64,000 nt of DNA from Minisyncoccia bacterium (GCA_049317285.1 JBMOIO010000004.1:2994-66993); one strand, 5' to 3'; counted from the first letter of the stretch, positions 1 through 9,557 are shown. The notes: a model not told the origin generated them from the letters alone. Translations and numbers: made by a program.

Positions 1-151
1 TCTTTTGCTTGAGATCCTCATAGTCTGTCGGTCGACTGACCGATACTATCCACGACGGAATATTCTTTGTTTCTGCCCATGCTTCAAAAAATTTTTCCTC
101 GGCGAGTTTACCGCGTTCTTCGGGTGTTGTCTTTACCCAATAACTGTCCAT
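1..151 (-). CDS. hypothetical protein, partial (N-terminus only; gene runs off the window start)
   Basis: Minus-strand ATG at 151..149 is preceded by a strong SD (AAAAAGGAGGtacatATG). It opens a reading frame (MDSYWVKTTPEEREGKLAEEKFFEAWAETKN...) with no stop before position 1; hand-translated. Confidence 0.4.
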   Translation of the reverse strand, partial: MDSYWVKTTPEERGKLAEEKFFEAWAETKNIPSWIVSVSRPTDYEDLKQK

Positions 152-283
152 ATGTACCTCCTTTTTATATTTGCATTTATATTACTGTCTTTTTGCGCTT
201 TGTCAATGAAAGAGAGGAGGTCCTAGTTCGTCTTAATAGAGTGATATATATGAATAAAAAAACACTCTTGTTTTTGTTTGATA

Positions 284-1417
284 TTAGAGTTTTTTCAGAA
301 GTACGTCCTTAAAGATAGTCGGGTCGGGGGTATAGTTATAGGACTTGAGACTCTTTTTGTAGTGGGTAAGGATTTCTTCGGTGTAGTCGTCCACCATACT
401 TTTGACCGCACTGGTCTGCGCCATAAAATTATATGCAGTAAAGATACCAAAGTATATTGGGGATTTTTTTGTATTAATCACTCCTGCGAGCGAGTGATGG
501 TAGTTGAGAAAGCCACTCTTTGCGACAATTGCATTTTTTCTGCTTACATTGATCGCACGGTTTTTAATAACGCCTGGGTCAACGGCTGGTACAGAGAGGA
601 CATCGGTGACAGAGAAATCATTGTCTTTTAGTTGTTCTTCAAGGTGTTTGATTACGCGAAGGGTCAGTGCGCAGGTGGTGTAGTTGCCATGGAGACCAGA
701 ACCATTTTTGAAGTAAATGGTTTCACTTCCGACGCCATAGGTCTTTTGCATGTAGGCGGAAAATGCTGCCGGTCCACCGAGCTTGGTAAAGAGGACTTCG
801 GCAGAAATATTTGTCGAATGGTTATTGATCTGTTTCAAAAGAGCTTGAAGCGGAGCGGAGGCGAATTCGTACTTGGTGCCAACCCCTGTATACGGAGTAG
901 TCCGAGAGATGATCTTCACTGTTTTTGCAGTAGGAAGAGTAGAAGTTGCTTTCAAGGCAGTAGTAAGTGCAGTACGTACTGTGCTAGGGGTATTTTCCCA
1001 GTTGAAGTAAAAGTTAGGACTAAAGACGATGGTGTCAATCTTCACTTTTTTCTCGGCGTGCACCTTGTTTAGTACTAGCGACAAATGTTCGGTCACAAAA
1101 TGCGGATCTCCGCCCCCATTGATATAGAGGGTGTTTTTGTTTTGGATAAACGTTGTTGTATAGCGAAAATCTCGAGGGAGTGTTGCGAGTGCAAAATCAA
1201 ATGTGTAGAGCTTTGAGACCGAAGCGGGGATGATGCGCATATCAGCGTTGTACGAGAGAGCATTTTTTTTCCCGTTTTCAATGCATACAGATTGTTTGTC
1301 GCGGGAGATACTATTTTCGTCTATCAGATCGTTTAGCGCACTTTTTAAAGATGCCTCTGTCACGGTAGTGAGCGTGAAGAATAGGAAGAGTGTTGTAATA
1401 GTGAGTGTTTTAATCAT
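284..1417 (-). CDS. D-Ala-D-Ala carboxypeptidase/endopeptidase, PBP4 (peptidase S13) family, signal peptide
   Basis: 377 aa with an N-terminal hydrophobic signal; SVSK (SxxK), SGL-type SxN and KSG (KTG) active-site motifs at PBP4-like spacing. Confidence 0.65.
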   Translation of the reverse strand: MIKTLTITTLFLFFTLTTVTEASLKSALNDLIDENSISRDKQSVCIENGKKNALSYNADMRIIPASVSKLYTFDFALATLPRDFRYTTTFIQNKNTLYINGGGDPHFVTEHLSLVLNKVHAEKKVKIDTIVFSPNFYFNWENTPSTVRTALTTALKATSTLPTAKTVKIISRTTPYTGVGTKYEFASAPLQALLKQINNHSTNISAEVLFTKLGGPAAFSAYMQKTYGVGSETIYFKNGSGLHGNYTTCALTLRVIKHLEEQLKDNDFSVTDVLSVPAVDPGVIKNRAINVSRKNAIVAKSGFLNYHHSLAGVINTKKSPIYFGIFTAYNFMAQTSAVKSMVDDYTEEILTHYKKSLKSYNYTPDPTIFKDVLLKKL

Positions 1418-1448
1418 ACCCTTATTCTACCATGATATACTTTTTACT

Positions 1449-2024
1449 ATGAAAACAGCGGTTATTATCCATGGAATGCCAAGTCGAGAAGAATATATAC
1501 AGACAGGGGCACACTCTTCTGAGCACCACTGGTTGCCTTGGATAAAAAAAGAGCTTGAGCTAAAAGAAGTTACTGTATACACCCCGGAAATGCCTGAGCC
1601 CTATGAGCCGAACTATGAAAGGTGGAAAATGGTTTTTGAACAATTTCCAATAAATGAAGAAACTGTATTGATTGGGCACAGTTGTGGGGCTGGGTTTTTA
1701 GTGCGGTGGCTTTCTGAAAACAATACTAGAGTAGGAAAAGTAATTCTCGTGGCTCCATGGATGGATCCGGATCATGAAGAAACAGCATTGGTGACCGACT
1801 TTTTTGAGTTCACTATCGACCCTTTTATGGTTGAAAAAACAAAAGGAGTAACTATTTTTATTTCAAGCGACGACGATGCGCCCATGCTAAAGACGGTTGA
1901 ACTATTGAAAGAGAATATTACAGGTATTGCGGTTGTAGAATTCTCTGACAAAGGGCATTTTGTAGAGGGGGATATGGGAACGAACGAATTCCCAGAACTA
2001 TTGAAAGAAGTCCTGAATCCATAA
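1449..2024 (+). CDS. alpha/beta hydrolase of the RBBP9/YdeN serine hydrolase family
   Basis: Internal start MKTAVIIHG; GHSCG nucleophile elbow; LVAPW motif; about 190 aa is typical of YdeN-like esterases. Confidence 0.6.
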   Translation: MKTAVIIHGMPSREEYIQTGAHSSEHHWLPWIKKELELKEVTVYTPEMPEPYEPNYERWKMVFEQFPINEETVLIGHSCGAGFLVRWLSENNTRVGKVILVAPWMDPDHEETALVTDFFEFTIDPFMVEKTKGVTIFISSDDDAPMLKTVELLKENITGIAVVEFSDKGHFVEGDMGTNEFPELLKEVLNP

Positions 2025-2044
2025 AACATAGTATACTGAGGTAT

Positions 2045-2536
2045 ATGAAAAAAAAGACCATTATACTTATCGTTTTAGGAGTGCTCCTTATTGTCGCTTT
2101 TGTTGTTATTGAGCGCTCAATCCGCAAGTCGACTATTGAGCAGATAGTGACAGAGGAAAAAGAGGCAGTTGCTGCAGCTGTTGTCGCATTTGGCGACAAG
2201 ATGAAAGATATTGCCCTTATTGCAGAGCAAGAGGTACTCAGTGCAAGTATTAAGAAAGAGTACGAGGATACTGTCGCGCCAGCACTCATCACTCAGTGGA
2301 TTCAGAATCCGACCCGTGCACCAGGACGTACAACAGTAAGCCCATGGCCGGAGCGTATTGAAGTTATTAGTATGGAAAAAGTGGAGAACTACTATAAAGT
2401 GGTGGCAGAGCTCGTTGAGATGACGAACGCAGAAGATGAAAAAGGAACAGAGTTTGGGCGAATCCCTCTGTATCTTACTGTTGCATGGGTAAACGAGGGA
2501 TGGAAGGTTGTCGAGTACCAGGTTTCGATGGAGTAA
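2045..2536 (+). CDS. hypothetical membrane-anchored protein
   Basis: N-terminal TM helix (IILIVLGVLLIVAFVVI), otherwise charged and soluble; no recognizable motif. Confidence 0.45.
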   Translation: MKKKTIILIVLGVLLIVAFVVIERSIRKSTIEQIVTEEKEAVAAAVVAFGDKMKDIALIAEQEVLSASIKKEYEDTVAPALITQWIQNPTRAPGRTTVSPWPERIEVISMEKVENYYKVVAELVEMTNAEDEKGTEFGRIPLYLTVAWVNEGWKVVEYQVSME

Positions 2537-2604
2537 TCTATGAAAAGAATATCAACAATCCTTGGTACTACCCTTAACGAATAGTACCGTTTGTCTTAAT
2601 TACT

Positions 2605-3600
2605 ATGAAAAAACTCTGGTTCAAGCGAAAAGTGTATGGATGGGGGTGGTACCCAGCAACCTGGCAGGGGTGGCTTGTTCTCGCGGTATATATTGCAAGC
2701 ATGTTTGCTTTTGCAGGCAGTGTGGACAATTCATCGCCCGACCGCGAAGTGTTCTTTATGCTCGTTCTTCCGTTTCTTATTTTAACTACAGCCTTGATCC
2801 GCATCTGCTACGCGAGAGGCGAGAGCCCTCGATGGCAATGGGGAGTGCAGAAAGAGTTTGAAATAATCGCGTTTGATCTCGACGGTACTTTGGCTGAGAG
2901 CAAGATGCCGATCGATGCCGAAATGGCGACTCTTATTGCAGAACTCTTAGCAGTAAAAAAAGTCGCAATTATTTCCGGTGCGGGCACTCCTCAATTGCAA
3001 AAACAAGTGCTCTCACGGCTTCCGGGCGATGCATTGCTTTCCAATTTGTATCTGCTTCCCACCAACGGCGCGGCACTGTTGTCGTACAATGGTGCATGGA
3101 ACACTGCATATGAAAATGGGCTGACCACAGAAGAGAAAGCAACAATATTTTCAGCATTTGAACAGGCATTTACTGAAACCGGCTATGTCCGTCCGACAGA
3201 TGCACACGGAGTAATCATCGAAGACCGTGGAGCGCAGATTACTTTCTCGGCACTTGGAAGCACAGCACCAACCCAACTGAAAGCGCTCTGGGACCCGGAG
3301 CATACAAAGCGTATTGCACTGCAAAGTGCACTGAAAAAATATATCCCAGAGTTTTCTGTTTCAATCGGAGGCATGACATCGATTGATATAACAAAAGGCT
3401 CTGTTGACAAAGCGTACGGCATCACCGCCTTGCTTAAGCATTTGAACTGCAATCAGGAAACACTACTGTTTGTCGGTGACGCGCTCTTTACAGGCGGAAA
3501 TGATGCGTCAGTACTCAGGGCAGGTGTTGCTGTTATGGCAGTTGCGAGTGTAGAAGAGACTAAGGCGCTCATGAGGAAATTTATAGAGGGTAAGCTATAA
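2605..3600 (+). CDS. HAD-IIB family hydrolase (Cof/PMM-like sugar phosphatase) with an N-terminal 2-TM membrane anchor
   Basis: HAD motif I FDLDGTL after about 85 aa that contain two hydrophobic helices; C-terminal GDALFTGGNDASV resembles HAD motif III (GDxxND). Confidence 0.7.
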   Translation: MKKLWFKRKVYGWGWYPATWQGWLVLAVYIASMFAFAGSVDNSSPDREVFFMLVLPFLILTTALIRICYARGESPRWQWGVQKEFEIIAFDLDGTLAESKMPIDAEMATLIAELLAVKKVAIISGAGTPQLQKQVLSRLPGDALLSNLYLLPTNGAALLSYNGAWNTAYENGLTTEEKATIFSAFEQAFTETGYVRPTDAHGVIIEDRGAQITFSALGSTAPTQLKALWDPEHTKRIALQSALKKYIPEFSVSIGGMTSIDITKGSVDKAYGITALLKHLNCNQETLLFVGDALFTGGNDASVLRAGVAVMAVASVEETKALMRKFIEGKL

Positions 3601-3607
3601 TAGAGTC

Positions 3608-3949
3608 ATGGAGCCACAAACGACACAACGACCCTGGGGAGAGTTTCGGCAGTTTACCCATAATGAGCCAGTCACAGTCAAGCTAATTTTGGTAAAAGCA
3701 GGCGAATGCCTTAGTCTTCAGCACCACACCCATCGAGAAGAATTTTGGAGAGTGCTTTCAGGAACTCCGCGCATCACTATCGGCGAGAGGGTGGTGGAAG
3801 CGAAAGCAGGGGATGAATTTACTATTTCAGCGACTGTCGCGCATCGCATAGAAGCAGTGGGGGCTGATACCGAACTTTTGGAGATTGCCAGAGGAGTATT
3901 TGATGAGGAGGATATTGTCAGACTTGAAGACAAGTACGGTCGCGTATGA
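3608..3949 (+). CDS. cupin-domain protein, mannose-6-phosphate isomerase type II C-terminal-like
   Basis: 113 aa; WGEF...F start and a two-His cupin core (SLQHHTHREE...ATVAHRIE) typical of PMI-type cupin_2 domains. Confidence 0.55.
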   Translation: MEPQTTQRPWGEFRQFTHNEPVTVKLILVKAGECLSLQHHTHREEFWRVLSGTPRITIGERVVEAKAGDEFTISATVAHRIEAVGADTELLEIARGVFDEEDIVRLEDKYGRV

Positions 3950-4977
3950 TTACTCTCACCCGCCATCCAGAAAACCCTCTTCTTTCTCCTGACCCTGCTC
4001 GCCCATGGGAAACTGAAGGTGTATTCAATCCGGGCGTTGTCCGAATTGGCGAAGAGGTCGTGATGCTCTATCGCGCGGTCGGCGAGCTTGAAGCCTACAT
4101 TTCACGGTTTGGTCTTGCAAAAAGCGCCGACGGTATTCATTTTACGAGCGCCTCAGATGAGCCCGTGTTTGGTCCGCACGAATCGTTTGACCAGTGGGCA
4201 ACCGAAGACCCTCGTATTACAAAAATAGATGACGACTACTATGTGACGTATGTTGCCGTTCCAGAGCGTATTATGCTAAACGGTTCATCTTTTCCGCGAA
4301 CAGTACCGCTTGAAACCGCAACAGGACTTTTAAAGACACGCGATTTTCGCACGTACGAAAATCTCGGCATTATTTCTGCCGAAGATTCAGACAATAAAGA
4401 CATTGTTCTTTTTCCTCGAAAAATAAATGGGCGCTATGCAATGCTGCACCGCCCCAACCGATGGAACAGGCCAAAGTGCGCACGCAGGCAGGCTGAAGGC
4501 AACCCAGTTAACTGGCCGTGTGATCTTTCTGCACTGCCGGAAAATCCCGCTATATGGATTGCGTGGTCTGATGACTTGGTGCATTGGGACAACCACAGCA
4601 TTTTTTTGCCGACGTCGCACGCCAATGATGCAAAAATCGGACCAGGGCTTCCTCCGATTGAAACACCGTACGGGTGGCTTATCATTTACCACCACGTAAC
4701 AACAACAGATCGGCCGGACGGCTTTTGCTACAGTGCGCGCGCAGCACTCTTTGCGCTTGATGAACCAGGGAGGCTCATCGGAAAGCTCAACTACGATATT
4801 CTCGCTCCGGATATGCCCTATGAAAAAGAGCGAAATTCGCACATCGTCTTCCCAACAGGGGGATATGTAAAGGATGATACTTTGTATGTGTACTATGGCG
4901 CATCCGACCGATATGTGTGTCTTGCCACAACAAACCTCTCGGCACTTATTACTGAGCTTAATCAAAAAAAACAATGA
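3946..4977 (+). CDS. glycoside hydrolase family 130 (beta-mannoside phosphorylase-like, DUF377)
   Basis: NPGVV, TEDPRIT and YYGASD motifs and a 343 aa length characteristic of GH130; start overlaps the cupin stop. Confidence 0.7.
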   Translation: MITLTRHPENPLLSPDPARPWETEGVFNPGVVRIGEEVVMLYRAVGELEAYISRFGLAKSADGIHFTSASDEPVFGPHESFDQWATEDPRITKIDDDYYVTYVAVPERIMLNGSSFPRTVPLETATGLLKTRDFRTYENLGIISAEDSDNKDIVLFPRKINGRYAMLHRPNRWNRPKCARRQAEGNPVNWPCDLSALPENPAIWIAWSDDLVHWDNHSIFLPTSHANDAKIGPGLPPIETPYGWLIIYHHVTTTDRPDGFCYSARAALFALDEPGRLIGKLNYDILAPDMPYEKERNSHIVFPTGGYVKDDTLYVYYGASDRYVCLATTNLSALITELNQKKQ

Positions 4978-7220
4978 TGTATGAAACTAGACAGAGTACA
5001 TCCGACAAAGACTGTATTGTTTACCTTTCAACATACCCTCCTCGGGCGTGCGGTATTGCAACATTTACGGCTGATTTGATTTCGTATACTGATGAACTTT
5101 TTTCTGAGGAAGTAGAAACGAGGGTCATCGCAATGAATACAGAGGCCACAGCCGATACTGAGTACGGCCCCAAGGTGCTCTTTTCAATACAGGAAAACCA
5201 GGAGCAGGAATATATAAAAGCGGCACACACACTCAACGCCATGGCGCACGTGTCTTTGATTTCAATACAGCATGAGTTCGGTATCTTTGGAGAACACTTT
5301 GGAAAAAATATAGTACTCTTTTTGCAAGCGCTTACTAAGCCCTCCGTGATTACTTTCCATACGGTTCTTCCGGAGCCTCCGGTTGAAATGAAAGAGGTAA
5401 TGCAAGCAATTCTCAATCGCGTAGAGTCGGCAGTGGTGATGACCGAAGTATCGCGCGAGCTTCTGCTATCACTTTATGATGTCTCTCCTCTAAAGGTACG
5501 TATCATTCCTCATGGTATTCACCCAGAACCCTATACCGACGGAGTATCTGCAAAAGAGCGCCTCGGGCTTTCAGGAAAGCGCGTGCTTTCAACCTTCGGA
5601 TTATTGAGTCGCGGAAAGGGAATCGAGTACGGCATTCGAGCACTTCCAGCAATTGTGGCCGAGTACCCAGACACGGTCTATTTGGTATTGGGTGCAACGC
5701 ATCCGGTTGTCGCACGGCATGAAGGAGAGGTGTATAGAAATGAGTTAATCGCGCTTGCACGCGAGCTTGGGGTAGAAAAATATGTCCAGTTTCATAATAG
5801 ATACTTGGAAACAAAAGAGCTGTTGCTTTTTTTGGAGGCCACTGACATTTATCTTTCGCTTTCGCAAAATCCAAATCAAGCAGTGTCGGGGACATTAAGT
5901 TATGCGCTCGGTTCTGGACGTACCGTATTTTCGACAGCCTTTATGCAGGCAAAGGAGGTGATCACGCCTGAGGTAGGGGTGTTGCTCCAGTTTGGTGAGT
6001 ATACAGGTATTGCGGAAAACTGCCTTCGCCTTTTTGGAAATGTTTCTGAGCTCAAATCGCTTGGTAAAGCAGCGTACTTCAGAACGCGTGCGATGACATG
6101 GTCAAATGTCGCCTTAGGGTATATGACAGTCTTTTCCGAACATGCGCCGTCATTGCTTGGGTTCAAGCACTGCATGGTGCCGATCAAGCTCGACTATATC
6201 AAAAAGCTTACCGATGATTTCGGTATGTGGCAGTTTGCACATCTCGGCAACCCTAATACACACTTTGGCTACACGCTCGACGACAACGCGCGTGCGCTTG
6301 TTGCGATGTGCTGGCTCAATAAACATATGCCCAATGAAGACACGAGTATTCTTGCAGAAATTTATCTCGGCTTCATCGAGCGGTCAGCGTCGGTACACAC
6401 TGAAAGCTTCGCCAATTATTTTACTGTTGAAAGACGAGCAGACAGTGGGTTGAACAATAATGAAAATCTCGAAGACGCCAATGCGCGAGCCTTGTGGGCG
6501 CTGTCGGAAGTGATGCGAAGCACGCTCCCCAAAGAGCTGATTGATCGAGCAAGGAAACTTTTTTCAGAACGCACAGCCGTGCATACACAAGTGGTTTCTC
6601 CGCGCGCTGCAGCCGCCTACATAAAAGCGTTTGCAACTGTTGCGAGCACCTCAGAAGATCACGGCGAACGAGTAGCGCATGTTCGCTTCTACGCAGATTT
6701 TTTGGTTGATCTCTATGAGCGAAGTTCAGACGGCGAGTGGCAGTGGTTTGAGGAGACATTGACCTATTCTAATGGTGTATTGCCGGAAGCTTTATTGGTA
6801 GCCTACACTTTCACAAATGATGAGCGATATCTTTCTGTTGGAAAATCAGCGCTTGATTTTTTGTTGGCACAGTCCTTTGAAGGAAGTGTGTGCGTACCGG
6901 TTGGGCAAGCGGGATGGTATAAAAAGGGTGGAAAAAAAGAACGCCACGATCAGCAGCCCGAAGAGGTTTCCGCACTTGTCTTGGCGCTTGCCAAAATGAT
7001 TTCAATTAAGAGCGATTCAATGTATCAGGAAAAAATTATCCTCGCCTTTAACTGGTTTCTTGGAAACAATCTTCTTCGCCAGTTCGTCTATACCCACGCA
7101 ACGGGCGGCTGCTATGACGGCATTGGAGAGTACGCGATCAATTTAAACCAGGGCGCTGAGTCCACTGTGGTATATTTGCTTGCACGAATTGCAATGGACG
7201 ATATTGGAGAGACCCGTTAG
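4974..7220 (+). CDS. GT4-family glycosyltransferase fused to a roughly 340 aa C-terminal domain of unknown function (possibly alpha/alpha-toroid glycosidase-like)
   Basis: The N-terminal roughly 400 aa have a GT4 architecture (STYPPRACGIATF..., the E-x7-E region near FLEATDIYLSLS). The C-terminal half (GYTLDDNARALVAM...NGVLPEALLVAY...GGCYDGIGEY) is not GT-like. Confidence 0.65.
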   Translation: MMYETRQSTSDKDCIVYLSTYPPRACGIATFTADLISYTDELFSEEVETRVIAMNTEATADTEYGPKVLFSIQENQEQEYIKAAHTLNAMAHVSLISIQHEFGIFGEHFGKNIVLFLQALTKPSVITFHTVLPEPPVEMKEVMQAILNRVESAVVMTEVSRELLLSLYDVSPLKVRIIPHGIHPEPYTDGVSAKERLGLSGKRVLSTFGLLSRGKGIEYGIRALPAIVAEYPDTVYLVLGATHPVVARHEGEVYRNELIALARELGVEKYVQFHNRYLETKELLLFLEATDIYLSLSQNPNQAVSGTLSYALGSGRTVFSTAFMQAKEVITPEVGVLLQFGEYTGIAENCLRLFGNVSELKSLGKAAYFRTRAMTWSNVALGYMTVFSEHAPSLLGFKHCMVPIKLDYIKKLTDDFGMWQFAHLGNPNTHFGYTLDDNARALVAMCWLNKHMPNEDTSILAEIYLGFIERSASVHTESFANYFTVERRADSGLNNNENLEDANARALWALSEVMRSTLPKELIDRARKLFSERTAVHTQVVSPRAAAAYIKAFATVASTSEDHGERVAHVRFYADFLVDLYERSSDGEWQWFEETLTYSNGVLPEALLVAYTFTNDERYLSVGKSALDFLLAQSFEGSVCVPVGQAGWYKKGGKKERHDQQPEEVSALVLALAKMISIKSDSMYQEKIILAFNWFLGNNLLRQFVYTHATGGCYDGIGEYAINLNQGAESTVVYLLARIAMDDIGETR

Positions 7221-7933
7221 GCTTCTTTTAAAAGCATTATGTCTTTTTCTGAAAGTTTCTTTATCGTCCCAACTTTCATTCCTGTTGAGAAAAGTTGTCC
7301 AATACGAATGCGGACCAAGGATTCGACAGTGAGGTGGCACGCTGCACACATACGACGGATTTGGTGCTTGCGCCCTTCGTGCAGAACAATACTAAACGAA
7401 TAGCGGGAGAGACGCTTTGTTGTCGCAGGTTTTGTTTTGATTTTATCGAGCATGATACCTTTCGACATTTTTTCAAGTGCCGCATCAGTGATGTTTTCGC
7501 GCACAGTCACGGCATATTCTTTGTCGATAGTCGCATTCTCTTTGGTGAGCGCGCGGGTGAGGGTGCCGTCGTTGGTCAATATGATCAACCCCTCGGACTC
7601 TTTATCGAGTCGCCCCACAGGGGAGAGATGAGAGAGCTTTGGGAATTTGTCTTTGATATCTTTTGCTTTGGGAAGCGTCTTAGTGGTTTCAAGCCCGCGG
7701 GGCTTGTACAAAAGGACTGATTCTTTTTTGGTAGGAGTTGTCATTCCTTTTACTTCGATAGTATCAGTTGGCTTTACGCCGTACCCCGTCTCTTTGACCA
7801 CTACTCCGTTTACAGAGACAGTGCCTGCGAGAATAAGCGCCTTTGCTTCACGGCGACTCGCAAGACCAAGGTGGGCTATGGCGCGCTCGAGGCGTTCGAG
7901 ACCTGGTACGAGAGTAGAGGAATCAGTTTTCAT
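7217..7933 (-). CDS. pseudouridine synthase, RsuA/RluB family (S4 domain plus PseudoU_synth_2)
   Basis: S4-like N-terminus (LASRREAKALILAGTVSVNG); catalytic GRLDKESEGL motif. Confidence 0.75.
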   Translation of the reverse strand: MKTDSSTLVPGLERLERAIAHLGLASRREAKALILAGTVSVNGVVVKETGYGVKPTDTIEVKGMTTPTKKESVLLYKPRGLETTKTLPKAKDIKDKFPKLSHLSPVGRLDKESEGLIILTNDGTLTRALTKENATIDKEYAVTVRENITDAALEKMSKGIMLDKIKTKPATTKRLSRYSFSIVLHEGRKHQIRRMCAACHLTVESLVRIRIGQLFSTGMKVGTIKKLSEKDIMLLKEA

Positions 7934-8019
7934 AAGGATTGTAGTATACAGGAAAATGTATGTTTTGCCACTAAAATCTTTTTTGTAAAGGTATGAGTAT
8001 TTTTGTTACACTGTAGAGC

Positions 8020-8268
8020 ATGGGATATGTGTACATACTTGAATGCGCCGACGGCACACTCTATATAGGAAGCACGACCGATCTTATCCGCCGTATTCAC
8101 GAGCACAATACTGCAAAAAACGGCGCCCACTACACAAAAATCCGCCGGCCGGTAGCCCTTCGCTATAGCGAGGAGTTACCCACGATTGGCGAAGCCCGCT
8201 CTCGCGAAGCAGCACTCAAGCGCCTCACTCGAGCGCAAAAGCAAGCACTGCTACCAGTTTTTTCTTAA
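8020..8268 (+). CDS. GIY-YIG nuclease family protein (small stand-alone, UPF0213-like)
   Basis: MGYVYILECADGTLYIGSTTDLIRRIHEH shows the GIY...YIG...R...E pattern; 82 aa. Confidence 0.75.
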   Translation: MGYVYILECADGTLYIGSTTDLIRRIHEHNTAKNGAHYTKIRRPVALRYSEELPTIGEARSREAALKRLTRAQKQALLPVFS

Positions 8269-8313
8269 GGAAAATTTCATGCTGTGTATTTTACACTTTG
8301 GGTATCGTACCCG

Positions 8314-8373
8314 CGTGGGCGGTCCGATACTGCGCAACAGCGGCTTCGGTCGGCTAGTTTCGGCCCGCCCACG
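8314..8373. repeat. GC-rich 60-nt hairpin element 3' of the GIY-YIG gene (CGTGGGCGG ... CCGCCCACG arms)
   Basis: Perfect 9-bp terminal inverted repeat enclosing 42 nt; shares the GGGCGG/CCGCCC motif with the hairpin inserted in the tRNA duplicate at 44865..44913. Confidence 0.35.
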
Positions 8374-8444
8374 AGTGTATGATGCATATTCTAGAAGTGC
8401 TATACTGAAAAGGTAATTAGTAACCTAGAAGAGAATTTATACAT

Positions 8445-8789
8445 ATGTTATTCATCATTGGATTATTGATCGGAGCCGCAGTCGTACTGTTTATTTTGCA
8501 AAATATTATCCCTGTCACTGTCACCTTTTTAGTATGGCAGTTTAGTGGGACGATCGCTGTATTGGCCCTCTTGGCCGTTATCGCAGGAGTACTCATCGGG
8601 CTCTTGCTCGCGCTCCCCGCTATTCTCAATAAAGAGTTCAAAAACTCATCGCTCAAGAAACACAATCAAAAGCTCGCTGACGATCTTGAGGAACACAAGA
8701 ATCTTTTGAGAGACATTCCGACAACTGTCGTGCACACGACTGAGCCTGTTGTGATCGAAGAGGTAACCGTAGTAGAAACAAAGGAATAA
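8445..8789 (+). CDS. small membrane protein, LapA/DUF1049-like
   Basis: Two TM helices in the first 60 aa, then a charged tail; architecture is typical of the LapA-domain family. Confidence 0.4.
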   Translation: MLFIIGLLIGAAVVLFILQNIIPVTVTFLVWQFSGTIAVLALLAVIAGVLIGLLLALPAILNKEFKNSSLKKHNQKLADDLEEHKNLLRDIPTTVVHTTEPVVIEEVTVVETKE

Positions 8790-8790
8790 T

Positions 8791-9054
8791 ATGCAGACAC
8801 TAGAACACGCAAACACTTTTTTTCTTATCAGCTCAGTCGGCTTCACTGTTCTCTTTTTAGTCTTGCTCGTATTGGGTATCTATCTGATAGGGATTTTAAA
8901 AACTGTTTTGCGCATCACCAAAAAAGTAGAGCGCGACATCGACACAATCGGGGACACGGCAAAGGAATTTGTCATGGATCTGCAAGAAAGCTCGCTCTTC
9001 TCACTTTTATTTCGCAAAAGAAAGAAGTATACTAAGAAAGGATTATCAGAATAA
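8791..9054 (+). CDS. small membrane protein (DUF948-like)
   Basis: 87 aa, single N-terminal TM, charged C-terminus; translationally coupled to the upstream gene (stop/start overlap). Confidence 0.35.
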   Translation: MQTLEHANTFFLISSVGFTVLFLVLLVLGIYLIGILKTVLRITKKVERDIDTIGDTAKEFVMDLQESSLFSLLFRKRKKYTKKGLSE

Positions 9055-9066
9055 AAAAGCAGTAAC

Positions 9067-9528
9067 ATGATGAAAAAGAAAACACAGAAGGATTCACTCT
9101 CGGCTGGGAATGTTGCAGCAGTTGGAGCAGGAGTTGTGGCACTCGCCGCCGCTTCCTACTATTTCTTCGGCCCGGAAGGGAAGAAGAACCGCAATAGCCT
9201 AAAGGGTTGGATGATCAAAATGAAAGGCGAAATCATCGAGAAGATGGAGGATGCCAAGGACCTTACTGAAGATGTCTACGCAAAAATCGTTGATGTTGTG
9301 TCCGCGAAATACGCTAAGGCCGGCAAGGTAAGCGAAATGGAAATCCGCATGTTCTCTGACATGCTGAAAGCGCAATGGAAGGGGATCACAAAGGCACACG
9401 CAAAGTCGTCTCCTGCAAAGAAGGCTCCCGCTAAAAAAGCGGCTGGTACAGCAAAGAGTGCTGTAAAGAAAAGTGTAACAAAAGCAAAAAGTGCAGTGAA
9501 AAAAGCTGCCAAGAAAGCATCAAAATAA
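9067..9528 (+). CDS. YtxH-like membrane protein with a Lys/Ala-rich histone-H1-like C-terminal tail
   Basis: N-terminus GNVAAVGAGVVALAAASYYFFGPEGKKNR resembles the YtxH family; C-terminal AKKAPAKKAAGTAKSAVKK repeats. Confidence 0.45.
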   Translation: MMKKKTQKDSLSAGNVAAVGAGVVALAAASYYFFGPEGKKNRNSLKGWMIKMKGEIIEKMEDAKDLTEDVYAKIVDVVSAKYAKAGKVSEMEIRMFSDMLKAQWKGITKAHAKSSPAKKAPAKKAAGTAKSAVKKSVTKAKSAVKKAAKKASK

Positions 9529-9557
9529 TTACTTTTGATACTTTCTGTGAAATAAAC

